Source: Octopus vulgaris (Eukaryota). Taken from it: a DNA stretch of 64,000 nt. Below, piece by piece: positions 12,296 through 25,865 of the stretch. Position 1 is the first letter of the stretch, and every line of letters starts with the position of its first letter. The translations under genes were made by a program, and so were the position numbers. The notes beneath the pieces are model-generated. The model ran no database searches. It was not told where the DNA came from and was given only the letters and a program-made list of their open reading frames with translations. The DNA is taken from assembly GCA_951406725.2 (NCBI GenBank), contig OX597819.1, forward strand, positions 14,012,001-14,076,000, given 5' to 3'.

Positions 12296-12884
12296 ATATC
12301 TACACACACACACACACACACACATTGTGTTTCCGTCAAAGGTTTATGCTAAGACTGTATTTATTGAAGTTGCTCCTCCTAAGTTGTTCTTGTTGTTCTT
12401 TGTATTTTCAGTATGTGAGTGACATACAGACAAAGAAATTGGCAATGTCTTTAGAACATTTGACAGAATGCCTCACACCATTTCTTCTTGGAGCTCAAAT
12501 TCTGCTGAGGTCTACTTGACCTTCATCCTTTCAGCATTGGTAAAATAAAGCACTGAATCAGGCTGAAGGATTGACAGAAGTGGGAAAGTGTTGGGTGAGA
12601 ACCTTACAGTATTTCTTCACACTGTTTGTGTTCTGGAAGCAATGTCTACAATAACACAGGGGCCAAGTTGTGTCAGCCTTAAACACAAACCATGCAGAAC
12701 CTATCGTGTGTGTGTATGTGTGTCCTCTCTGTAAGGCAGTGGTTCTCAGCTGAGGTTCATATGACCCTTGGGGGACCACATAGGTTTTTTTCTGTTCAAA
12801 CTTTTGTGCAGTTAAACTGTTTATACTTCTGCAATCCACAAAATAATTTCATTCTCTTTTTATACAATTCCTAAGAATATTTAA

Positions 12885-13110
12885 CCCTATCAATACCAAT
12901 CTGGCTGAAACCACCTCTGGCTCTGTAGTACAAATGTCTTGTTTTCAAAAGTTCTGAATTAAAATCTTCCACCAAACCTTACTCACAATTTATGTTCCTA
13001 ACACCAGCTTAATGATAACTAAGTTATTTTCCTAAATTCTTTGTTATATTTAAAATCAATAGAAAGAAACAACACAGAGCATCATCAACAGAAATATGGT
13101 AACAAAAGGG
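12885..13110. mobile_element. piggyBac-type MITE
   Basis: TTAA|CCCT...AGGG|TTAA; lies inside a CAGTGGTTCTC-terminated hAT-like MITE that starts near 12737. Confidence 0.82.
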
Positions 13111-13141
13111 TTAAAATATATAATAGAGAAACAATTCTGAA

Positions 13142-13363
13142 CCCTTTTGATACCAAGCTGGCTGAAAATGCCTCTGGCTCTGTAGTACAAATGTCTTGTT
13201 TTCAAAAGTTCTGAATTAAAATCTTCCACCAAACCTTAGTCACAACTTATGTTCCTAAGACTAGCTGAATGATAACTAAGTTATTTTACTAAATTCTTTG
13301 TTATATTTAAAATTAACTGAAAGAAACACAGAGCATCTCAAAATAAATACGGTAATGAAAGGG
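13142..13363. mobile_element. piggyBac-type MITE, second adjacent copy
   Basis: CCCTTT...AAAGGG|TTAA, same body as 12885-13110; a diverged inverted relative lies near 30935-31105. Confidence 0.8.
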
Positions 13364-15257
13364 TTAATTATAAAAATATAACAGGTCTTTTCAAAACAGA
13401 AATCAAAGGGGTCAATGGGTAAAAACTATACATAAAATATTGCTAAATCGTTAATAATAATAGTATTGATGAAGACTGTTGTCATTATAATGTGTGTATT
13501 AGGACATCTCACTTATACACACTTATAGACAACTGTGCACACACATGAACACATACATAGAGAGTGTTGAATTGGCAAAGTCTTTGGAGCATCGGATTGA
13601 ATGCTGTTGTGAAGGTAATTCCAGGTCTCTATTATCTGAGTTCAAATCCTACCCAGGTTGCCTTGGCCTTTCAACCTCTCAGGATAGATAGATAAATAAA
13701 GTACCAGTTCTGTACTGGGATCAGTTCTTGTCCTTACCGCCCTGCTCTGTCTGACCCTCTTCCTTGCTTTGTCTGTATCTCTCTTCATTCTGGAAGATAT
13801 TAGCTGTGATCAGACCTGGAGAGCAATGGGCTCTGCCAGGTTTAAATGCCTAAGATGCACCATATGGTATGACAGTACCTGCCCCACAGCAACAACAGGC
13901 AGGGCATACACAGTGATGTCTACCACTTGTAAATAGTGGTGTGAATAGCCAAGTGAGGTCCTTTTGTGTCATCATCATTTAAAGCCCATGTTCCATGTTG
14001 TCGTGGAGTGAGTGCTGTCCATACCATGTGGGCATTTAAATCTGGCAAAGCCCATCACTCTCCAGTCTGATCAAAGGTAGTTTCTTTCAGAATGAAGAAT
14101 GCAGACAAAGAAAGGAAGAGTCAGATAAAGTGGAGAGGTAAGGACAAGAATTGATACCAGTACAGGACCGGTCCTTTATTTATCTATCTTGAAAGGAGTC
14201 CACAGGCAAAAAGTCTGACACATTAATGAGATCTAATGGATGTGGAGACTGCATTGTGCCTCACTGTCTGTTTTGGCAGGATTTCTACAGCTGGATACTC
14301 TTCCTAACTCAAACCACTTTATGGACTTGGTGGGCCGGTGTGTTTTTCATGCCATCAGCTCTGATGAGGTCACCATGCAGCATGCAAGTCTATGGACCTC
14401 CAAAACAGAAGACTTTGTGCCACATGTTTTTATAATTGTCATTTAGCCTTCAACTCATCTCGTATTGAGTTGGGGGATAAATGATCCCAAGAATGGCAGT
14501 CATGATCATCTTATCATTTTCAGAGGTGTACAGGTTATTTTTACTGGCTTCCATCACTGGACTGTACCCTTACTGGGGGACAGCATTGAAACGTTTATCA
14601 AATTGATCTCAGTGCCTATTTCAAGTCTAATACTTATTCCATCAATCTTGTTTTGCTGAACTGCTAGGTTGCAGAGATGTGAGCAGATTAACACTGGTTG
14701 TCAAGCGGTGAGTGGCTAACACAAACAGCAATACACACAATCACATGCAGAAACGCACAAGCATATACATACATATGTGTGTGTGTGTCTCATTGCATGG
14801 CACATTGGGCTAGTGTCTTCTACCATAGCCTTGGGTGAACCAAAGCCTTGTTATTGGATTTGGTAGACAGGAACTGAAAGAAGCCTGTTGAATATATATG
14901 TCAGTTTAGTAAATAAATAAATAAGTTGACATAATATAATGTTTCTAAAAGTTGATCCCCTCCATTTTCTTATTGCTCTCTCTCTCTCACTATATATATA
15001 TATATATGTATATGTTTATGTGTGTGTGTTTGTCCCCACACTATCACTTGACAACCAATGCTGGTGTGTTTACATCCCCGTAACTTAGTGGTTCAGCAAA
15101 AGAGACCGATAGAATAAGTACCAGGCTAATAAAAAATAAGTCCTGGGGTCAATTTCTTTGACTAAGAAGATGGTGCTCCAGCATGGCCACAGTCAAATAC
15201 CTGAAACAAGTAAAAGAATAAAACAATACACACATGCATACGCATATGCACATATAT

Positions 15258-15308
<51 letters not shown>

Positions 15309-15311
<3 letters not shown>

Positions 15312-15512
15312 AGAGTTTACAAAAAAACACAAAAGACGAAGACAGGTGGTGTACAAAACAAACAGATGTATTAGTATAACGCTCAGGAATAGAAAAAGTC
15401 TTTTACGTTTTGAGCCTACGCTCTTCTTCGGAAAGGGACACAGAAAAAACAAGGAGAGAAAAAATGTGTGTAGTGGCTAACGATCTATCATGGCGACTGA
15501 CATGATAGATCA
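15309..15512 (-). mobile_element. (TA)n-embedded short element with decayed hammerhead-like motif, copy 1
   Basis: Homologous to 28309-28520 and 44671-44870; minus strand CTTT-CCGAAGA-A-GAGCGTAGGCTC-AAAAC-GTA-AAAG at about 15400-15435. Confidence 0.65.
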
Positions 15513-16110
15513 TTATATATATATATATAACCCATGCCTGCGCAGAAAGTAGATGTTAAAGGATAATGATGATGATATGTATGCACACACACACACATCC
15601 ACACACACCCACCCACACACACGTATACACGGAACCAACTTCCACCAACTTTCCATTTACCAAATTCATTCACAAGACATTGGTTGGCTGCGGGACTATA
15701 ATGAGGGATGCTCATTGGTTATAAAGTCAACTTGTTAACTCCACAGCCACACTCACACGTGGGCATTTAGATCTATTTTATGTAATGTGGCAGTAGAGTG
15801 TAATTTGAGGCAGAATTGGCTGCTAATTTTAACAGGTCAAATGACACGTTAACCTTTTGGCATTCAGATTATTCACAAATCCTTCAGTGTTCAGATTATT
15901 CTGTCAAATGTAAAGCTTATTTATTTACAATCTTTTGAATTTTTTCTCTGCATTTTCTTGTAGCCTTGAAATTTCAAAGATCTGATAGTTTATGCTTTAG
16001 GTTGACATAGGGTAGGTGTGTGAAGCCAGATCTGGTCAGTTTGGACATAAAACAGGGGCAGCTATGACTGGTCTTAAATGCTATGGGGTTCAAGATGCAC
16101 TCATTAGTGG

Positions 16111-16143
<33 letters not shown>

Positions 16144-16145
<2 letters not shown>

Positions 16146-16546
16146 TGCAGGAGTGGCTGTGTGGTAAGTAGCTTGCTAATCAACCACATGGTTCCGGGTT
16201 CAGTCCCACTGCATGGCATCTTGGGCAAGTGTCTTCTGCTATAGCTCCGGGCCGACTAATGCCTTGTGATTGGATTTGGTAGATGGAAACTGAAAGAAGC
16301 CTGTCATATATGTGTATATATGTATGTATGTGTGTGTGTTTGTGTGTCTGTGTTTGTCCCTCTAGCATTGCTTGACAACCGATGCTGGTGTGTTTATGTC
16401 CCCGTCACTTAGCGGTTCGGCAAAAGAGACTGATAGAATAAGTACTGGGCTCACAAAGAATAAGTCCCGGGGTCGATTTGCTCGACTAAAGGCGGTGCTC
16501 CAGCATGGCCGCAGTCAAATGACTGAAACAAGTAAAAGAGTAAAGA

Positions 16547-16548
<2 letters not shown>
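16144..16548 (+). mobile_element. SINE family A, full length
   Basis: Consensus match, flanked by (TA)n. Confidence 0.92.
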
Positions 16549-16591
<43 letters not shown>

Positions 16592-16934
16592 GTTTGGTTG
16601 TCACAAATGGTGGGGATTGAAAAGGAAATAGGGACCAGTGCAATTTAGGCTGCTTTCCGATTTATTTTCTGTTTGTTGTTTATCTATTTGTTATTGAATT
16701 TCATTTATTTATTTATTTATTTATGTATTTTGCACCTGTTGTTAATTTGCAGTTCACTGATAGGAAAGAAATGGTGGGTGAATGAGAAACAGGAAGTGAA
16801 GAACTTCCTGGTCTTATCTGGTATAGTGGGGAAGAGAGGTCATGTAGGCCAAAAATATAAGGATTTAACTGCAGATATGCTCTCTATCTTTCTCTCTCTC
16901 TCTCTTTCTCCGATTATGATGATGATGATATCTA

Positions 16935-17001
<67 letters not shown>

Positions 17002-17373
17002 TTTATTTAAAGCAGCAGAAAATTCAACAAGCCATTCATAAAGCATATTACTCTACCACTGGTATTTGAGTACTCTTTTTTTCCACCTTGTTTCACATTT
17101 ATGTGTTTACTCCAACTGAAATGTATGTATATATTAAAAAGCTTTATTCATGCACACACACACATGATTAATCATCTATTTTTGTGGTGAATTTCATATA
17201 GTGCCAAGGTAAGAAAATACTAGTGGTCTATACAGAAAACCTGGGGCTAAAATTCAAACTGAAACTAGTTGAGGAAAACTTCCTTTTTAAGATGTTAAAA
17301 TATAAAAACAATCTCATATGACCAAAAGTTTTTGTGTTGTCAAGCAATCCCCATACTCACATCAAAGGAACGC

Positions 17374-17736
17374 ATGTATGTATGTATGTATGTATATTTA
17401 GAAATGTATGTATGTATGTATGTATGTATACATGTATATTTATAAATGTATGTATGTACACATGTATATGCATATGTGTGTATGTATGTACACATGTATA
17501 TGCATGTGTGTGTATGTATGTGTGTAGATATATGTGTGTGTGTGTGTGCGATGTACGTAAGTATATATATGTAATATGTGTGTATGTATATATATATGTA
17601 TATGCATGTGTGTATATATATATGTATATGCGTGTGTGTGTGTATATATATATGTATATGCATGTGTGTGTGTGTATATATGCATGTGTGTGTGTGTATA
17701 TATGTATATGCATGTGTGTGTATATGTATATGCATG

Positions 17737-17769
<33 letters not shown>

Positions 17770-17981
17770 GAATGTATATGCATGTGTGTATATATATATA
17801 TATATATATGTATATGCATGTATGTGTGTGTATATATGTATATACATGTGTGTGAATATATATATGTATATGCATATGTGTGTATGTATATATATATATA
17901 TACATACACACACACATGCATATATATATATACACATACACACATGCATATACATATATATACACACATGCATATACATAT

Positions 17982-18033
<52 letters not shown>

Positions 18034-18042
18034 GCATGTGTG

Positions 18043-18073
<31 letters not shown>

Positions 18074-18156
18074 GCAATTGTGTGTTTGTGTGTGTATGTA
18101 TATTTATATGTTTATGCATGTGTGTGTATATGTATGTGTGTGTGTATGTATGTATG

Positions 18157-18206
<50 letters not shown>
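17374..18206. repeat. Compound (TA)/(TG)/(TATG)/(TGCA) microsatellite
   Basis: About 830 bp of alternating purine-pyrimidine repeats; accounts for the long YI/HT/CV ORFs. Confidence 0.97.
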
Positions 18207-18208
<2 letters not shown>

Positions 18209-19109
18209 GGCCCATGCACATGCGTACACACACACAACCGCACACACACACATATATCTCGGCACTATGTCAACAGTGCTGCTTATTTTGGGAATCTGTG
18301 CTGAACCCGCCCCCCCCTCTTCCCCTCCCCTCCACAACCACTGGACCACCAAAAGAACAACAACACTTCGTTGTTGTCACAGAAACATTGTAGAATTGTT
18401 CTTTGGAAATTTGTTTGTTATTATATTTGTCTTTTTTGTTTTTTTTTTTGTGTGTGTGGTAGGATGTTGTTGGTATTTCCCTGAAACAATGCCGTTACTG
18501 TTCTTGGCTCAGTCGCGCCGTCATCACCCCCACCACCCCCTCCCCGCCGCCCCGCCCCGCCGCCCCTCCCCTAATTAATAAAAAGCTCATTTGACAGGTT
18601 AAGTATATCAAAAACCATTTCATTTCACCCATCCTGTTCGCCTGTTGCTGCCGCTGGCCACCTCTCATCACCAAAATTCATTTCCTTCATCCGGTTCTAG
18701 TTTGGAGTAAATGCTGTCATCGTCAGCCTTATTTATCATCGCCATCGTCACCATCATCGTTCGCATCATCATCATTATCGTCGTTATCATCGTTGTTGTT
18801 GTCATCGTCGTCGTCCCAGCAAGGAAACCTGTATGTGGTCGTTGCATCTGCTAGAAATAGCTATCATATCTTCTTCAAAACCACATCCTACCGTCGAGTT
18901 TTGAACATCTGGTCTACAGACGAGGCCTTACAGGCGGAATGACGAAGCTAGGAAAAGAATTGTAGAAGGTTGACGTTCTCGAGTAGCAGAGTTTGGCAGA
19001 AAAATGGTTCGTGCGGGGAATGGCGTGGGCGGTGGTGATGGTGGTGGTGGTGGTGGTGGTGGTCGTCGTCGTCGTCTTTGTTGGCGGCGGCAGTAGTGGT
19101 GGTGTGTAA

Positions 19110-19370
19110 CTCTGTTTGGGTAACCAGATGAAGAGAAACGTGAGGGCTGAGTAGATGCGAGTGGAGATGGTGTGAGACTGCGTAATTCAGAGGAACGAAG
19201 TCCGTTGGAAGTTCGATGACGATCGGAAGACTCCCTGACACATTTTCAGGGACTTCCATAACAGTTGGGAGCAAGTTTTCCTTGAACCAGGGACCGAGTC
19301 TGTAATTCTTACAATAATGGAGAATGTCTCCAGTCATAACACTCAAATGTTCCAGATGATGACGTTATAT
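19110..19370 (-). mobile_element. Decayed CR1-like LINE fragment downstream of RT
   Basis: Minus strand SNGLRSSELRSLTPSPLASTQPSRFSS resembles the YxGxCSSELxxLxP..TR.S motif of CR1-group ORF2 C-termini. Confidence 0.45.
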
Positions 19371-19920
19371 ACTAGGGGATAGGATTAAGTTAAGCCGACC
19401 CCCTTGCGGGCCAGAAGTAAGATGGCATCTGTGGGCCAAAGGAAACAGCATGTCTAGACTCTAATATTTGTGTAGAATACAAGACACTGCAGGCTGAGAG
19501 ACTCTTTGGAAACGGTTCTAAAAGCAGCACAAGTTATTTTGGGTGAATGATATTTGGATAACATAGACATTTAGTTGACACGCTTTTCTGAGAATTTTTC
19601 AGTAAAACATTTTTTAAACTAGTATACTCATAGTAGCAACGGAAGTTCTTTTATACAAAAAAACCCAAACTATTATGATTTCAGGATGTATAATAGGAAT
19701 AGACCTCAATAGTTGACTTGTATTTCATTTTATCAATGTCAGAAGGATGGGAGACAATGTCGAACACGACCAGATTTGAGCAGAAGAGCACACATGACTA
19801 TGGCGTATCGCAGGCATTTTGTCCAACGCTCCAGCTATTCCGTTGTCAACCATTATAGAAAATTCGTCGAGTCCCAGACCATAGGAATGAGTTATATAGT
19901 TGCTCAGCAATATAAATATA

Positions 19921-20120
19921 TTCTTTTGTTCTTTTACTTGTTTCGGTCATTTGACTGCGGCTATGCTGGAGCATCGCCTTTAGTCGAACAAATCGACCCC
20001 AAGACCTCTTCTTTCTAAGCCTAGTACTTATTCTATCGGCCTCTTTTGCCGAATCGCTAAATTTCGGGGACGTAAACAACCAACATCAGTTGTCAAACGA
20101 TAGTGGGGGGACAAACACAG

Positions 20121-20161
<41 letters not shown>

Positions 20162-20332
20162 CACACACACGACGGGTTTCTTTCAGTTTCCGTCTACCAA
20201 ATCCACTCACAAGGCTTTGGTCGGCTCGAGGCTATAGTAGAAGACACTTGCTCAAGGTGCCACGCAGTGGGACTGAACTCGGAGCCATGTGGTTGGGAAG
20301 CAAGCTTCTTACTACACAGCCACTTCTGCGCG

Positions 20333-20334
<2 letters not shown>
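19921..20334 (-). mobile_element. SINE family A
   Basis: Consensus match. Confidence 0.9.
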
Positions 20335-20380
<46 letters not shown>

Positions 20381-21153
20381 AACGCTGGTCACAGTGCACT
20401 TCCTCTTTTTTCTTTTAGCATCCGAATGACGCCACCTCGTGGCTAGGTGAGAAGGCCAACATTCCCCCTGATCGGAAGGCTATTCCACCACAGGGTTACC
20501 CATATGCAGATGAGTGAAATTAAGTGTTTTTGCTCAAGAACACAATGTGCTGCCTAGTCCGAGAATCGAACCTATGATCTTAGTGCTCGTGAGAGCAATA
20601 CTCTAACCACTGGGCCACATGCTCTCATACATACATACGTGTGTGTGTGTGTGTGTTACGGTTGTGTGTTTTCTTCCACTCTTTTTTGACCAAGCTCAAA
20701 AGAACCGCAACAGTTAAAAGGCAAAGACATTATATGGAGTTGTGGTGATCATTCTTGCCAGAAGGGCATTAGAGGCGAAATTTAAATGAGAAAATTTTAC
20801 AGAAAAGATTTTTGTTTGTTTGTTTGTTGTTCTTTGCTTTGTTGTGTCCAGGGCAAATCAATGCCTTGGCAACCGCCACCGACACTTGCGATGTTAATCT
20901 GATGTCGCTAAACTATCGTTGATCGACAATTACAGGAAAGACATAAAGCAAAATGGAGATTATTCTTGAGAGGTCGATTGTTCAGGAGAGGAGATGACCT
21001 TGAACATAGTGACTGCTGATGGAGTTTGGAGTTAGAGAGATAACTGAGTGAGGAGTCCCTGAGTGGGGTCCGGGAATGTCATGAGATTAACCAACTCCAA
21101 GGTAAACCAGAATAGTCTACCCTTACATAATACTCATCAATCCAGTTTATACA

Positions 21154-21556
21154 TCTTTATATATAAAAGTAAGGTTGTGTGCTGTCTGTCTCCTATGATT
21201 TAGATTCCTAACTACTCCCACATTTTGCGGTGCAGTGTAACCAAAACCGGGTATCTTATAGTCGTGATTCATATCGAGCCCTTCTCGGTATTAGCGCGCG
21301 TCTACGATGAGTCTACGATTTTAAAAATAATTTACCATAATTTTTTTCCATTTTAATGCATTTTATTCGCTATTATATAAGGGAAGTAACTCTCTAAAAA
21401 TGTCTACGATGAGTCAACGATTTTTAAAAAAATTTACCATCATTTTTTCCCCATTTTTAATGCATTTTTTTTGCTATTTTTTGGCTATAACTCTCTAAAA
21501 ATGCTTATATAGTTATTTCCCTTACAAACCCGAGCAACGCCGGGCGATACTGCTAG
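21154..21556 (+). mobile_element. Non-autonomous Helitron
   Basis: A|TC..CCCGAGCAACGCCGGG..CTAG|T. Confidence 0.9.
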
Positions 21557-22135
21557 TCTTCAATATAATAAATATGGCCGTAAAAAAAAAAAAAAACTAG
21601 AAATTAACACCACTTTTTTGTTTTTGTTTCATAACGCTGTCCACATTTGTTTATAATCTGTATTTCTTTATATTCTAAAGATTTAGTTTAACTGATACAA
21701 TTCCAAAGGGATTTGAAGGGCTGAAGAGAGTATAAAGTTGTTTTTTTTTATTCTTTGTTGAAAGAATTTAATATGACAGTTAAGTCTGTAAATGTCTGCA
21801 GTGAAGTGCTAGAGATTGCCAGCCAAGGTATTTCGACACCATCAAAACACAGACGCCATACAAGATTATAGACATATGTGTTTGATGTTATTTTAACTGC
21901 AGATATATCAGCTGGTTTCATTTCTGTGTGTGTGTGTGTGTGTGTGCGTGTGTGTGTGTGTGCTTGGTCTCATAACACAATCATATACAAACTGCACCAA
22001 TATGCAGGATATTAAAAACAGCTGCACTTATAAAGAGGAAGAAAAATAAACAGAAAAGAAAAGAAAAGCAAAACAGCCTGCATCAACTCAACGAATTAAG
22101 TACTTCAGAGTAGCACCAAAAATACGCAAACATAA

Positions 22136-22175
<40 letters not shown>

Positions 22176-22777
22176 GTGTGTGTATATATATACACAGTGA
22201 TACATGTGGATAGCTACATTAATACATGGAGCCATATTTACAGCCCTACATCAACATACGACAGCAACACGTGGTTGTACGGAAGTGGAAGTTATTCTTT
22301 GACATGCTAGATATAACAACCTGCTACATCTCAACAGATTCTTTAGGGCTTTCGAATCGCAGAAAAGCACCACCACCCACCGTATTTCACACCCTAAATT
22401 TTAGGACTATATTGCCTACGACACAAAATACAGATGAATATCTCTTAGGCCCTTGATAGTTTTTGAAGGGCCTCTGCTCAGCTAGTTTCCTGGTGTAGAC
22501 GAGAGATGAATCTTCATCTGGGTGGTAAGATGTGAGTCACGTTTCCATTATTCTCAGAAATGAGGCTAATAGGATTGTGTGTACAACCCAAATGCACAAA
22601 AGAGTAGGTGTAGAGAAGTTGAACCTAGGACCTCTAAGTTAGTTGTCCAGTACTTCATTCTTCAACTTCTTCTCGTCGACTTGTGTTGGGGACGATGACA
22701 GATTGATTGATTGATTGATTCTAGTTTCAGCTCACGAGCTGTGGCCATGCTGGGGCACCGCCATTAAATGTAGAATC

Positions 22778-22830
22778 TACCTCCGACGGGACTCGAACCC
22801 GCAATCCCCGGCTTAGGAGGCCGGTGCCTT
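22778..22830 (-). pseudogene. 5'-truncated tRNA-Arg(CCT) copy fused to a retro-tail
   Basis: Minus strand AAGGCACCGGCCTCCTAAGCCGGGGATTGCGGGTTCGAGTCCCGTCGGAGGTA: anticodon stem CCGGC/GCCGG and T-arm intact, 5' acceptor strand absent. Confidence 0.85.
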
Positions 22831-23530
22831 CACACATTTTGTTAATTATAGGATTTGTTTGATGTTGTCCCATCGTAATATCATTGGAGGCTTTTAATAA
22901 ATGTTTGGATTTCCTGCAGTCGTTCACTCATAGATATCCAGATTGAAATCATCCACATAATTCTTAATCTTTTGTTGCTGTTGTTTAGCCCCAGGTCAGC
23001 CCTGATGGAGCAGAGCTATGATTAAAGTTATTCCAACCGTGGTAACCCTTTCTTTTTAGGAGATATCTAGACTCACTGTGTCCTTCGTTTATTGAAGACG
23101 GTATGATATGATTTGAATGAGATTTGGCTGCTATTCCTAGCATCATCGTTGGAACTGTTTATCCTCCTCTGACTAACTTTTTTTTTTTCAGTTTAAAACA
23201 TGCATTCATATTTTAAATGAAACCTCGTCTAGGGATCTTTTAATGCAATATTTCTATGTGTCAAGTAAACGAGTAAACTGTATAAAAGTATAATTTAAGG
23301 GTTTGCGTTGAGAAATAGGAAAGGTTTAAGGTTTTGGGAGAACCCCATCAGTGACTGAGTTGGTTGTGTATTGAGTTGTGTATCAAAATGTTGATATTGT
23401 TGTTGAGTTTCAGATCAACATTGATTAAGAAGACTTGTGATCAAACATTTTCGACCCGAATTGACCGTATTCGGGTTCTAAAGACAGTAGGGTGTGATTT
23501 CAGAAAAATTCGACTGTTTTTTCTGGCAAG

Positions 23531-23915
23531 TGGAAGCACTCCGTCGGTTACGACGATGAGGGTTCCGGTTGATCCGAATCAACGGAACAGCCTGCTCGTG
23601 AAATTAACGTGTAAGTGGCTGAGCACTCCACAGACACGTGTACCCTTAACGTAGTTCTCGGGGATATTCAGCGTGACAGAGAGAGTGACAAGGCCGGCCC
23701 TTTGAAATACAGGTACAACAGAAACAGGAAGTAAGAGTGAGAGAAAGTTGTGGTGAAAGAGTACAGCAGGGATCACCACCATCCCCTGCCGGAGCCTTGT
23801 GGAGCTTTAGGTGTTTTTCGCTCAATAAACACTCACAACGCCCGTTCTGGGAATCGAAACCGCGATCCTATGACCGCGAGTCCGCTGTCCTAACCACTAG
23901 GCCATTGCGCCTCCA
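23531..23915 (-). mobile_element. SINE family C (tRNA-Arg-like head), tail type 1
   Basis: TGGAGGCGCAATGGCCTAGTGGTTAG..GGTTTCGATTCCC..tail CGTAACCGACGGAGTGCTTCCA; TSD TTTTCTGGCAAG. Confidence 0.92.
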
Positions 23916-24446
23916 CTTTTTCTGGCAAGTAGAGTGAGCGATTGGAGCGTCTTTCGTTAGGAGAGGGCTGTTAATTATATTGGTTTCAAATTTTGGCATA
24001 AGGCCAGTAAGTTCAAGGATCTATCTAAGTCGATTAGATAGACCCCAGTCATCAACTGGTCCTTGTTTTATTGACTCCGAAAGGATGAAAAGCAAAGTTG
24101 ACTTCGGCGAAGTTTGAATTCAGAACGTAAAGAGATGTATCTATTTTGTATGGCCCTGCAGCGATTCTGCTATTTATCGAATATATTGCTAGCATTGATA
24201 ACAGATTATTTGTAATATTGGCCCCCAACATATTTAAGAAGCAACAGGTGATAAATTCGACAGCCAAACTTCTTATAACTCGTAATAATGAAAAGCAAAG
24301 CCACCTTCAGTGGACTAGGAACACAGTTTTCTAACATTGACCCATGGTCAGATATGGAGGATAGGGTACAGTAGATGAAAATGAACTCAGAACCTATTTT
24401 ATGAAATCCAAGATTTAATGGAGGTGGCGAAGGTTTGCATTTAAGG

Positions 24447-24958
24447 CAGGGGTGGGGGAACGTTTTAGTGCCGCGGGCAAAAATTTCCTAAGAAAAAGGT
24501 CCACGGGCGGATCACAAGTTCTAACTCTTATATCTGTGTAAATCTTGCATATATCTACGTATAATTCGATATACATAAATAAAGATAAGTTTAACACATT
24601 AAACTAATGCGTAACATCTTCATTAACGCCGCCACTGAATTTAGGACGTTGTTTATTACCTATGAGGTATTCTATATCATCCATCTAGAATGTAGTTGGG
24701 TCTCAAGGGCGTGGTACAAACCTAGCAATATGTGTTTCATAGTGAAAACAAAATTTCCATTCAAATGACAATTGTCGGACGATTTTCTGTTGAAGTCCGA
24801 CCATTTTAAGTCGTAGTGGAAACGCGACCTATGTCGCAAATAGGCGTACGAATATTGTATAAATTTTGATCGAAAAGTTTACTATATTTTGTATATATGA
24901 GTATATCTTCATGTGGCTGCAATAAAACGGGCTCGCGGGGGTGAGGTCCCTATCACTG
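24447..24958. mobile_element. hAT-type MITE
   Basis: Imperfect TIRs CAGGGGTGGGG / CCCTATCACTG and 8-bp TSD ATTTAAGG / ATTTAAGT. Confidence 0.75.
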
Positions 24959-24962
24959 ATTT

Positions 24963-25275
24963 AAGTAAGAAAACAGCACAGCTCCCATGACTTCAGGAAA
25001 CATTTTTTCACGCTGAGAGTTGCTGAAGCATGGAACAAACTGCCGGCATCAGTTGTTAGTTGTCGGAGCACTGCATCCTTCAAAACTTCCATGCTTCCTG
25101 AGATTCGCCAACACTACACCTGATTTTCTCCCCTCCTTACACACACAAGCATGTATCTGACTCATACATTGTTCGCTTTCCAGACATTTCTGCATTACTG
25201 CATGTACTTTATATGCACTTTCTGACAAGTTGTGGTGCACCTGAGCACTGTATACAACAATTTCATTATTATTAT
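24963..25275 (+). mobile_element. CR1-type LINE 3' end
   Basis: VRKQHSSHDFRKHFFTLRVAEAWNKLPASVVSCRSTASFKTSM..stop, then 3' UTR and (ATT)n tail. Confidence 0.85.
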
Positions 25276-25526
25276 AAATATGTTTTCTTATCGTTTTTGT
25301 ATCTGGCTAGCATAATGACTTTCCTTAGACCCACCAAATTGTTTTTCTTCTCTTATGTGGAATGCCGCTCTATAAACTGTATTGTCATTGGATACAACTA
25401 AATTTTTTATACTGTATTTATTTGATTTAATTATTCGTGGAAAGCTGGTAGATCATGACAGACTGCAGAAAATCTCTTATATAAAAGGACAAAAGCAACA
25501 CTAACAAGAAAAGAATGGAAGAAGGA

Positions 25527-25865
25527 CAGATAACGGTTTCTGTTTTGGGGTCCTTGACAGATAACGGTTTCTGTTTTAGGGTCCTTGACAGATAACGGTT
25601 TCTGTATTGGGGTCCTTGACAGATAACTGTTTCTGTTTTGGGGTCCTTGACAGATAACGGTTTCTGTTTTGGGGTCCTTGACAGATAACTGTTTCTGTTT
25701 TGAGGTCCTTGACAGATAACTGTTTCTGTTTTGGGGTCCTTGACAGATAACTGTTTCTGTTTTGGGGGTCCTTGACAGATAACTGTTTCTGTTTTGGGGT
25801 CCTTGACAGATAACTGTTTCTGTTTTGGGGTCCTTGACAGATAACTGTTTCTGTTTTGGGGTCCT
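25527..25865. repeat. 31-bp minisatellite, about 11 copies
   Basis: Unit TTGACAGATAACTGTTTCTGTTTTGGGGTCC repeated with no spacers. Confidence 0.95.

Noticed and set aside
12395-12420. TTTTCAG-TAT-GTGAGT as a 3-nt microexon
   Set aside because: Splice-like motifs alone are common by chance; no supporting gene structure
17334-18578. Long ORFs up to 303 aa
   Set aside because: Translations of dinucleotide repeats that lack stop codons
25527-25865. 31-bp repeats as a CRISPR array, and the repetitive ORFs 25427..25991
   Set aside because: Units are contiguous with no unique spacers and no cas genes; the context is eukaryotic; the ORFs are a by-product of the array
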